A stretch of DNA of 64,000 nucleotides from Escherichia phage teqdroes. The notes beneath the pieces were generated by a model. The model was not told the origin of the DNA, ran no database searches, and was given only the letters and a program-made list of their open reading frames with translations. Location: sequence record NC_054932.1. The stretch is one strand, 5' to 3'. This document shows, piece by piece, positions 51,690-64,000 of the stretch. Position 1 is the first letter of the stretch. Every line of letters begins with the position of its first letter. A program made the translations under genes and the position numbers.

Positions 51690-52973
51690 TTATTCATCAA
51701 TAATAATTTTTGGTAATTTAACACCTAATAAAACAGACAAATCTGAACGACCAGCCATTTTATCCATGTCTCCACCGTCAATTATTCTTGCTTCTTTTTC
51801 ATCTTTTGCTACGGTATAAGGATTTGCTGATAAAGCATATCTAACTAATAAACCGATAGACGGCTGTAAGCTTTCTGGATCAACAACAACTTTAAATGCA
51901 CCTACATGTTCAGGGTCATCTAAGTCGAGACCTTCTGTATACGGAGCATAGAAAATTGATCCAACAATTTCTTTTTCACCGATATTTTCTACTACACCAA
52001 CGATTACATAATCTAATGGGCTGTTAGTATCGCAATAAAGCGGTAAACCATTAGCTAAGAACCCGTAGGCATTTTGTGAAAGATATTTATCATCTTCCGG
52101 TTTATGTTTTAACCAACCTGATGCAGCAAGAATCGCAGCAGCACGAGCTGAAGCTACACAAAATGTTGCTGTATAAGTTGATTCTTTTTGGATATGTGAA
52201 ACCATTTCACATACCATTCGATATAATGAACGACCCGCTTCAGGTGCAGATGCATAACTCAAATCGATGAATCCACTATCAGTAATTCCTGTAACTTTAT
52301 AGCGTTTTGACACTGTAATCAAAGACTGCAGAATATCTTTATTGATTTCATCCGCCATTTCGGTTGCAAGCAAATCTTCCAAGAAATTAGGAGCATCGAA
52401 TCCATTTGCTTCTAAATCTTGTGCTAATTCAACTGTGATGCCAGTTTTAAGTTTACGAGATTTAACGGCGGTTTGCCATTTATTAATCTGGAATCTAGCA
52501 TCCGCAATTTCACTATCAGAGCTTTCAAATTTGCTTGTTGACGCTGCGTCAGAAAATAGACGAACCTTTAAAAGAACAATTGCAATCTGAAGAGCTAACT
52601 CTAAGTCGCTTTCTTCAATATCAGCAAATGGAGTATCTTCTAATACTTTATAAACGATATTATTATATTTGAATAAATCGCCTTTATTGAGAGTTAATTT
52701 AGACTCTTCTGTCAATTCTGTGATTTGTTCTCGGTCTACATATCCAGCTTCGCCAGCGTAAGTAGCACCAGTTTTAAATGTAAATTCATTGTCTGGGTTA
52801 AGGTATTTGATACCATAAAAAGCAGCAACAGGTTGATTAGTTCTTTGCGTTGCTACAATGTCAGAATATATTAATTTAGTGGTAGCGCGAGTCAAAGCAA
52901 CGAGATTTGGGCGACCGATTGAGTTGCTATTCGTTGTGGTTGATTCGCGCAGAAGTTCGTTGATTTTAGCCAT
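51690..52973 (-). CDS. 24: Head vertex protein gp24, 427 aa
   Basis: Length equals T4 gp24; late promoter upstream. Confidence 0.92.
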   Translation of the reverse strand: MAKINELLRESTTTNSNSIGRPNLVALTRATTKLIYSDIVATQRTNQPVAAFYGIKYLNPDNEFTFKTGATYAGEAGYVDREQITELTEESKLTLNKGDLFKYNNIVYKVLEDTPFADIEESDLELALQIAIVLLKVRLFSDAASTSKFESSDSEIADARFQINKWQTAVKSRKLKTGITVELAQDLEANGFDAPNFLEDLLATEMADEINKDILQSLITVSKRYKVTGITDSGFIDLSYASAPEAGRSLYRMVCEMVSHIQKESTYTATFCVASARAAAILAASGWLKHKPEDDKYLSQNAYGFLANGLPLYCDTNSPLDYVIVGVVENIGEKEIVGSIFYAPYTEGLDLDDPEHVGAFKVVVDPESLQPSIGLLVRYALSANPYTVAKDEKEARIIDGGDMDKMAGRSDLSVLLGVKLPKIIIDE

Positions 52974-53000
52974 TGCGCTTTCCTTTCAGTTTATATGATT

Positions 53001-53008
53001 TATTTATA
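53001..53008 (-). promoter_or_regulatory. Late promoter (TATAAATA) for gene 24
   Basis: Minus-strand TATAAATA ~28 bp upstream of gene 24 ATG. Confidence 0.7.
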
Positions 53009-53023
53009 CCATAAAAACAACTA

Positions 53024-53043
53024 AAGGGACCCGAAGGTCCCTT
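53024..53043 (-). terminator. Hairpin terminator after gene 23
   Basis: Minus strand AAGGGACC-UUCG-GGUCCCUU then U-rich. Confidence 0.7.
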
Positions 53044-53056
53044 AAATCGTCAAAGA

Positions 53057-54622
53057 TTAGATACCTTTAACATATACACGGCGGAAGTAAGCGTTCTTAC
53101 CAAGGCTGTTCAGGATAGAAGGCATACCACTCTGAATGCGAGAAGCCGGAGCCTGAGCAGCGGATTCTGCAAATGGGTTGATACCGATACCGTAACGAGT
53201 TTTGAATCCCATTACTGGTTGGAAGTTCTTCGGATCGGAACCACGCAGCGGAGTCAGAGCTACATATGGAGCATAGTAAATACCAGCATCCATTTCGTTC
53301 GGACCTTTATAACCTACAGTGAAATAATCCTGTTTAGCATACTGGTCGATATATACACGGTATTTACCACCCAGAACACCTGCAAATACTGACTTAGTAG
53401 TATCAGTATTAAAACCGGTTGCCAAACCTTGAGCAGCATAAGAAATGCCAGTATCAACAGAAGCCAGTACGTTAACTACGTTACGAGAAGCGATAATGAA
53501 GTTACCTTCGCCGCGACCGGTTTGACGAGCAATTTCAACTGCTTCTTTGTCAATCTGGAACAACAGAGCTTTAAAGGATTCACCCGCCCAGCGAGCACCA
53601 CGAATATCGATTGGGTCCTGGAAGTCAAATACACCAGCTTTAGAACCCGGAGTCAGAGTCATACCAGATTTACCAACCTGAGCTGAGTAGTTAATCCAAT
53701 CAACAACTTCACGGTTGATTTCCAGCATAATTTCTGTAGCCAGAATACCAGACAGTTCAGCGTCAGCATCCATACCGTGAACAGCGCGGAGGTCTTGTGC
53801 TAATTCGATAGAGTAAGCAGCTTTCAGCTGGCGAGATTTAGCTTCGATAACTTGTTTATCGATACGGAAGCCCATTTCATTCCATGGGTTATCGGTAGAA
53901 CCGTTGAAACCTTCCTGGAGTTCAGCGATAGAAGTAGCCATACCTTCAGCGATTTCTACCAGTGCACCAGCTTCCATTTGTTTCTTAATTTCAGCATCTA
54001 ATTTATCTGCATCAGTTGCGCTTGCACTAATTGTTACTTGAGCAGAAGCTTGCAGATACACAGTACCAGTGTCCTGGAAGAAGTGAGTATAGATATCACC
54101 TACTGTGGTTTCTGTGCTAGCAGCCAGAGCTGGGAATTTCTTAGCAGCACCCTGACCAGAGAACATTGCATCTGGACCATACATTGGGTGGAATGCTTCT
54201 TTAGCACCGGCAGCGATCGGATCTTTACCATATACCGCGCGGAGTGCGAATACCTGACCGGTTGGGCTGTTCATCGGCTGAACACCACAAATATCGAAAG
54301 CAATCAGGTTAGGAATAGCACGACGTACCATACCCATAACAGCTGGGCCAATCTGAGTTACTGCGCCAGAAGTCTGACCTGCAGCGATGTTGGTAGCATT
54401 GTAACCGTGGTCACCACCGATTTCAGCTTCTGTTAAGAAAGAACCAAATGCCTGAGCAATTTTTTCGTCTTTATATTCTGGAGCTGTCTGGAAATCTTTT
54501 TCCTGGTTTTCAAAGATTTTAGCGATAATCGCTTGTTTGCTATTAGCAATTTCCGGTAAACCTTCACCTTCCAGTAATGGCTTCCATTTGTTCAAAAGTT
54601 CAGCTTTAGTTTTGATAGTCAT
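53057..54622 (-). CDS. 23: Major capsid protein gp23, 521 aa
   Basis: Length equals T4 gp23; late promoter TATAAATACTCCTGATACTGAAGC ~135 bp upstream. Confidence 0.96.
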   Translation of the reverse strand: MTIKTKAELLNKWKPLLEGEGLPEIANSKQAIIAKIFENQEKDFQTAPEYKDEKIAQAFGSFLTEAEIGGDHGYNATNIAAGQTSGAVTQIGPAVMGMVRRAIPNLIAFDICGVQPMNSPTGQVFALRAVYGKDPIAAGAKEAFHPMYGPDAMFSGQGAAKKFPALAASTETTVGDIYTHFFQDTGTVYLQASAQVTISASATDADKLDAEIKKQMEAGALVEIAEGMATSIAELQEGFNGSTDNPWNEMGFRIDKQVIEAKSRQLKAAYSIELAQDLRAVHGMDADAELSGILATEIMLEINREVVDWINYSAQVGKSGMTLTPGSKAGVFDFQDPIDIRGARWAGESFKALLFQIDKEAVEIARQTGRGEGNFIIASRNVVNVLASVDTGISYAAQGLATGFNTDTTKSVFAGVLGGKYRVYIDQYAKQDYFTVGYKGPNEMDAGIYYAPYVALTPLRGSDPKNFQPVMGFKTRYGIGINPFAESAAQAPASRIQSGMPSILNSLGKNAYFRRVYVKGI

Positions 54623-54640
54623 TTGTGTTAACCTTTAAAA

Positions 54641-55450
54641 TTAGAAACGAGATGCGACTTTCGCATATACACTTACAATATCTTCTGCACCCTGTGCAGC
54701 TTTATCTTCTACAGCTTCAGTGACGAAATTCAGTCCGGCTGCTTCAGTATCAGGAGTATTTATACTCTCAGTAATAGTGCTTTCATCTTTATTAGATTTC
54801 TTCACCATTTCTACGATTGCACTCAATTTACTTGAGAATGCATCTGAATAATCCATACCTTCGACCAGAGCAGAGACTTTTTCTTTTTGAGACTCAGTCA
54901 GATCTTTAGTACTTTCGCTCAATGCCACTTCACGCTGCACATAATTGATATATGCGTCACGCTTATTGAGTTCTTCGAACAGACGAGCTGATTCTTCTTT
55001 ATGTTCTTGCAGCTCTTCTTCCATTTCAGCTACAACATCAACCGATTCTTCTGGAACAACAACGTTGTGTTCAACAAAGAGCTCTTTTAATCCACCAAGC
55101 ATGGATTCAAACAGTTCGGCTTTGATGCCTTTATCAACTGCTAATTTATTTTCAGCGAGCCATTCTTTCGCAAGATGGTCAATGAATTTAGAAGCTTGCT
55201 CAGCGATTTTCTTCTCAGCTTTTTCTTCGGCTTCTTCTTTATTTTTTTCTACTTCTTCTTCTGCTTTTTCAGCAATTTTAGCGATATGAGATTCAGCTAA
55301 TTTAACGGCGTGCTGCTTGACGGTAGCTTCGAATACAGTGCCGAAAGTTTCTTTTGCTTCCGGAGAAATATTAACTGATTCGAAAATACTATCAAGAGCA
55401 ACGGAAGCATCAATTTTCTGCGCTTCGGCAATCAGTTGTTCTTTAAGCAT
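54641..55450 (-). CDS. 22: Prohead core scaffold protein gp22, 269 aa
   Basis: Highly charged coiled-coil-like sequence; size and synteny. Confidence 0.92.
   Translation of the reverse strand: MLKEQLIAEAQKIDASVALDSIFESVNISPEAKETFGTVFEATVKQHAVKLAESHIAKIAEKAEEEVEKNKEEAEEKAEKKIAEQASKFIDHLAKEWLAENKLAVDKGIKAELFESMLGGLKELFVEHNVVVPEESVDVVAEMEEELQEHKEESARLFEELNKRDAYINYVQREVALSESTKDLTESQKEKVSALVEGMDYSDAFSSKLSAIVEMVKKSNKDESTITESINTPDTEAAGLNFVTEAVEDKAAQGAEDIVSVYAKVASRF
54757..54764 (-). promoter_or_regulatory. Late promoter P23 (TATAAATA) inside the 3' end of gene 22
   Basis: Minus strand TATAAATACTCCTGATACTGAAGC, matching the T4 gene 23 promoter as recalled. Confidence 0.7.
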
Positions 55451-55480
55451 TTTGTAGTCCTGTTGTTTAGATAATAATAT

Positions 55481-56119
55481 TTATAACGCTTTTTTCATGG
55501 CCTCTGCGAGAGCCATATAGGCGTCATCGGCACTTGTATCGGCTTCCGCCGTCTGTGATTCGGTAATTTCCTTAGGAGTTACCCATGCATCTGGAGCACT
55601 TGGACCCCATACTGCATCAACACCTACAGTTAATTTGAATCCTTCGTTTACGATACGATAACCTTTATTTGTGTCAGTCAATGAACCTAATCCACGAGAA
55701 GAAACTCCTGGAATCCATCCGGCACGAATATTAGCTGCTAATTTATCTCCAGGACCATGGTCACCTTCAATAACACGAGCTCGTCCGTATACGTCATTTC
55801 CTTTCCACCACATATCTTCTATAATGATAGCGGCTTGCATTGGGTCAACATTAGCGCGTGGAGGATGATTTAATTCTCCGAGAGCTTGTTTAGTTAAAAC
55901 TTGCTCATTAATATAGTCTTTTACCGCTTTTTCCAATATACGTTTTGGATAAAGACGTTTATTTCTATTGACGACTTCCGCTTGCATGAATATTCCTTCG
56001 ATGTATAAACCCGGTTTTAAACCTAAGTCTTTTCCATCATGAGATTCAAGCATTGGCACGCCATCAATAATTTCGCCAGGTTGACCCCAAGTTTCAATTA
56101 GTAATTGGGGTTCATTCAT
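55481..56119 (-). CDS. 21: Prohead core protein and protease gp21, 212 aa
   Basis: Size and synteny; ORF track. Confidence 0.92.
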   Translation of the reverse strand: MNEPQLLIETWGQPGEIIDGVPMLESHDGKDLGLKPGLYIEGIFMQAEVVNRNKRLYPKRILEKAVKDYINEQVLTKQALGELNHPPRANVDPMQAAIIIEDMWWKGNDVYGRARVIEGDHGPGDKLAANIRAGWIPGVSSRGLGSLTDTNKGYRIVNEGFKLTVGVDAVWGPSAPDAWVTPKEITESQTAEADTSADDAYMALAEAMKKAL

Positions 56120-56544
56120 TAGCTTAATCCTAATGCTTTACGGCGTTTAAGAGCTTTTTTACGCTTACGCTGAGCACGAGATTGACCTGCTGGATTGGCA
56201 ATCTTCGTTTTGGTAGCTTTACGAGCAATTTGTCTACGTTTTGCTTTAGACAGCCCAGTGGTTTGAAATGCATTACGTTCACGCGTTTTGCGGTCTTTAG
56301 TGCGAGTAATTTCACCACGGGCGGAAACATGTTTAACGATAAATTCATTTAGCGGCATATTTTCATTAATAGAAGCTAATGCAACCGCTAAATCAGTTTC
56401 ATCATCAAGCATATTCTCGACAATTGTATTTATATCGTCTTTATTTAAAGCAGAAGACAATTCGTCAAAGCGACCCTGTGCTTCAGGAATAAGTGCTTCG
56501 ACATTCTCGAGAACTAATTCATGAGTTTCAGGGATCAGAAGCAT
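56119..56544 (-). CDS. 68: Prohead core protein gp68, 141 aa
   Basis: Size and synteny; basic C-terminus. Confidence 0.88.
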
Positions 56545-56782
56545 TATTCATCATCCTCGTCTTCGTCAGAGTCTTCGTCTTTTTTGTCGTCTTTATCATC
56601 ACTATCTTCGTCTTCGTCATCATCCTCGTCATCAGGTTCTTCACCTTCGATTAAGAAATTACGAGCGATAGCGATTTTTTCTTCTTTAATTAAATCAATC
56701 GTTCTTGCAGCCATGGCTTCAGCAAATAATTTACGAGCGGCTACGAGGTCGTTTGATTTAATAGCTTCAATTAAACCTTCCA

Positions 56783-56783
<1 letters not shown>
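56544..56783 (-). CDS. 67: Prohead core protein gp67, 79 aa, with poly-acidic C-terminal tail
   Basis: Size and synteny; tail [30 protein letters not shown]. Confidence 0.88.
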
Positions 56784-58408
<1,625 letters not shown>

Positions 58409-58440
58409 TTAAGCAGGATGGGGATTTCTCCCCATTCATT

Positions 58441-58932
58441 TTATTCCCAATAATCGAGAGCAAGAGTTACTTCAAAGGTTTGGATTTCATTGTTTGAATC
58501 CCAATCTAATTGAAGTTCACCCACGTTAGTAGGCCACAGACCTTTAATTTCAATTTCTTTTGTTACTGTTTTAGCGTCACGAGCGTATTGACGAACGATA
58601 GCGCTCTTTTTATACTCGGCAGGTTTTCCACCAGTAATTTCGTTTCCTTGCCCCGCAGCAATGCTTTGCCAATCAACGAACTTCTGGCGAGCATCATGTG
58701 CCTCATCGTTCATTACTGTAACAGTCCAGTCATCGAATGTACGATCACCTGCTACGTTAATTTTACGGTTCATAAATCCGACTGGAATTTTTTCTACAAT
58801 ACCAGCTGGTAAAGCAGTGGCTTTACATTGAAACGTAAAATTTTGTCCAAGATAAGAAATTTCTACTTGGAATAAGTTAGGTCGCGCAAAATCACCCGAT
58901 TCAAACGCGCGTGTTACATCATCTACAAACAT
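58441..58932 (-). CDS. 19: Tail tube protein gp19, 163 aa
   Basis: Length equals T4 gp19; synteny. Confidence 0.93.
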   Translation of the reverse strand: MFVDDVTRAFESGDFARPNLFQVEISYLGQNFTFQCKATALPAGIVEKIPVGFMNRKINVAGDRTFDDWTVTVMNDEAHDARQKFVDWQSIAAGQGNEITGGKPAEYKKSAIVRQYARDAKTVTKEIEIKGLWPTNVGELQLDWDSNNEIQTFEVTLALDYWE

Positions 58933-58946
58933 ATTAGCCTCTGTAG

Positions 58947-59012
58947 TATTTATATCCCTATGTTTAACCTAGGGCATATAGAATTAAAGAATTAAGGATA
59001 TAGTGTATTTAT
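58947..59012 (-). promoter_or_regulatory. Two late promoter motifs (TATAAATA at 58947-58954 and 59005-59012) upstream of gene 19
   Basis: Minus-strand TATAAATA twice in the 18-19 intergenic region. Confidence 0.6.
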
Positions 59013-59013
59013 A

Positions 59014-59031
59014 TGGCCTGCCGAAACAGGC
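59014..59031 (-). terminator. Hairpin after gene 18
   Basis: GGCCUG-N6-CAGGCC immediately downstream of gene 18 stop. Confidence 0.5.
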
Positions 59032-59048
59032 CTTTAGAATGCACCGTA

Positions 59049-61028
59049 TTAACCTGCAAGACCAGTTAACTCATCGAAATCTGCACCAGTAGCAGTTGCT
59101 ACGAAGTTTAAGGTAATGTAGTTAATGCTTCTAGCCGGTTGGATGTAGAATGTTGCAACAAACTCATTTCTATCAATTACTGACGGAGTGTTATTTGTTG
59201 TATCGCAAACTACACGATATTCATAAATTCCACCGAGAGCTTTAATTCCCTGTAAGTACTGGGCAGTTTCTGTGCGGAATGATGAACGAGTAAACGCGTT
59301 GTTTAATTCGAACAAACGATATTTTGAACTACGTCCGATATTCGTTTTCAACATATTAAACAGACGACGAACGTTAATACGATCAAATGGAGAAGGAACA
59401 GAAGTAGCTGTTTTATCACCATACAATACGTAACCATCACCACCTGTACCAGTTACTGGGTTGATAGCTTCTTGGTATAAACGGTCGCGCTGAGCCTGGC
59501 GAGTTTCAATAGCCAGTTTAATAACGTTAAGAATCTGACCACGATTATAACCAGCTGGAGACATCCAAGTCTGAGATACGTTATCAGTTCTTGCGCATAA
59601 ACCAGCAATATCAGCTGCTAATGGAACCCAACGATTCACATCATTATATTTGTCATACTGATACTTATAGTTACCATCAATTGCTGCGTAGGTTGAACTG
59701 ATATTAAAGTTATTATCAGTGTATGAACCTGCTGCAGTTCTCCAATTGACTAAGTTATCAACAGCACGAGTTACAGGAATTCCAACTACAGTTTCACGCG
59801 GAGGAGAGCATAATACTAAGCAATCTTGGCGAGCATCCCCAATTGAAACGACGTGTTTTTGGACAGTAGATGCTGTTTCTAAAGATTCACCGGCACAAGA
59901 ACCCGCAATAAACAGTTGAACATCAACGGATTCACGGTCAGCAAAGAAGTCCCAAGCTTCCATCAAATCTCCTGCTGTTACTTCAGCATTTGATGATAAT
60001 CCACCAGACAGAGTTAAAATTCCAGAGAAGCCTTCTGGCCAGTTTTGTGCAGTTGCAAAAATATATTCTGAACCACCTTTTGCGAAAAAGTCATCGATAT
60101 AGATGTTACTATCGTAAATATCTTTTTCACCACGCTTAGTTGAAAGAACAACGCTTTGAACAATAGCATCATTACGACGAACTATAATAGCATACTGTGA
60201 ATCAGTTTGTGGTCCATATCCAAACACTGCTTTAGCAGTAGATGCACGAGTACCACCACCTGGATAAATTGGGAGTAATGCAGAAGCTCCTTTTGCGTAG
60301 TCAGCTTTAGATACGATTTCAATTTCAATTTTATCGCCTAATTCGCCTGGATAAAGAGCTACTACTCCTGGAATTCCGTATTTTTTAAGATTTGTTTGAA
60401 AGTCAACCGCTGTCATAGCAGCTTCAGCATTTTCAATTTCAGCTAATAAAATACCAGAATCAGTAATAATTTTTCCAAGAGTTATTACTGCAGCTAAACC
60501 AGAGGAAGACGAAGAAATTTCCGCAGTCCAGTTAGAACCTAATTCCGGATATTCACCGACTTCTTTCGCTTTAGCGATAATTTTTGCAGTAGGAATATTA
60601 ATTTTCTTAATTTTTCCATCTGCGTCTACTTCAGTAATTTTACCTTCAGTTTCAATATCATCTGAAACATATTTGACCGTGATTTTATCTCCAACTGCAT
60701 AGTTACTACCTGGGGTAGAAATTGTGTATTCAATATTACCAGCAATCGGAGATGAGTTTTTAGCGGTATCTCTATCAACAGCACGAACTACTCGTAAGTC
60801 ATTTCCGTACTGCAAGAAATTCATCGCAGACATAAAATAGTCAGCAGTTTCAGCGGTTGGTTGACCAAAAGTATTAACTAAATCTACTTCATTTGTAACC
60901 TGTTTAATCTGAAAAGCAGGACCCCACTGGAATTTACCGGCCAAAGCTGCTGTACCAGTAGAGTTATTAACCACGGTGCTTTGAACCGTAGTTTCTTTGA
61001 GCTCAATGCCCGGAGATAATAAAGTCAT
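59049..61028 (-). CDS. 18: Tail sheath protein gp18, 659 aa
   Basis: Length equals T4 gp18; synteny. Confidence 0.95.
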   Translation of the reverse strand: MTLLSPGIELKETTVQSTVVNNSTGTAALAGKFQWGPAFQIKQVTNEVDLVNTFGQPTAETADYFMSAMNFLQYGNDLRVVRAVDRDTAKNSSPIAGNIEYTISTPGSNYAVGDKITVKYVSDDIETEGKITEVDADGKIKKINIPTAKIIAKAKEVGEYPELGSNWTAEISSSSSGLAAVITLGKIITDSGILLAEIENAEAAMTAVDFQTNLKKYGIPGVVALYPGELGDKIEIEIVSKADYAKGASALLPIYPGGGTRASTAKAVFGYGPQTDSQYAIIVRRNDAIVQSVVLSTKRGEKDIYDSNIYIDDFFAKGGSEYIFATAQNWPEGFSGILTLSGGLSSNAEVTAGDLMEAWDFFADRESVDVQLFIAGSCAGESLETASTVQKHVVSIGDARQDCLVLCSPPRETVVGIPVTRAVDNLVNWRTAAGSYTDNNFNISSTYAAIDGNYKYQYDKYNDVNRWVPLAADIAGLCARTDNVSQTWMSPAGYNRGQILNVIKLAIETRQAQRDRLYQEAINPVTGTGGDGYVLYGDKTATSVPSPFDRINVRRLFNMLKTNIGRSSKYRLFELNNAFTRSSFRTETAQYLQGIKALGGIYEYRVVCDTTNNTPSVIDRNEFVATFYIQPARSINYITLNFVATATGADFDELTGLAG

Positions 61029-61056
61029 TTTTAATCCTCTTTAATATGCTTTAATA

Positions 61057-64000
<2,944 letters not shown>

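Noticed and set aside
54945-55289. 114-aa Ser-rich plus-strand ORF inside gene 22
   Set aside because: Antisense to the charged repetitive scaffold gene; low-complexity shadow.

Overview
This window is a contiguous segment of a T4-like (Tevenvirinae, T4-type) myophage genome, not bacterial chromosome. It is collinear with the T4 map from gene 38 to gene 15, in reverse orientation. Minus-strand late genes sit at both ends: long tail fiber genes 38(partial)-37-36-35-34 at 1-9274, and baseplate/head/tail/packaging genes 54-48-29-28-27-51 and 24-23-22-21-68-67-20-19-18-17-16-15(partial) from 38167 to 64000. Between them is a plus-strand early/middle block: rnh, dsbA, 33, 59, 32, small ORFs, frd, td, nrdA, nrdB, denA, rnlA, alc, spanins, pseT, cd, 31, rIII, the 30.x cluster, DNA ligase 30 and two Alt-like ADP-ribosyltransferases; genes 26, 25, uvsY, inh, hoc and rnlB are also plus-strand. 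Gene calls rest on the ORF track plus recognition of protein sequences and lengths from memory of T4; no database search was run. Regulatory calls are motif-based: T4 late promoters (TATAAATA), early promoters (GTTTAC-N17/18-TAnnAT), MotA-box middle promoters, and UUCG/GAAA tetraloop hairpins. I saw no tRNA, rRNA, CRISPR, intron, intein or homing-endonuclease gene. I do not see convincing evidence of a wholly new multi-gene system. The best candidates for non-canonical content are: (1) a ~0.4 kb insertion with its own ORF exactly at the frd/td junction, which overlaps in T4; (2) two tandem full-length Alt paralogs; (3) a NADAR/YbiA-like plus HAD-phosphatase pair in the 30.x cluster; (4) a gp37 tip with expanded repeats; (5) a duplicated early promoter-leader cassette. 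Several small-ORF starts are uncertain because the ORF track uses alternative start codons.
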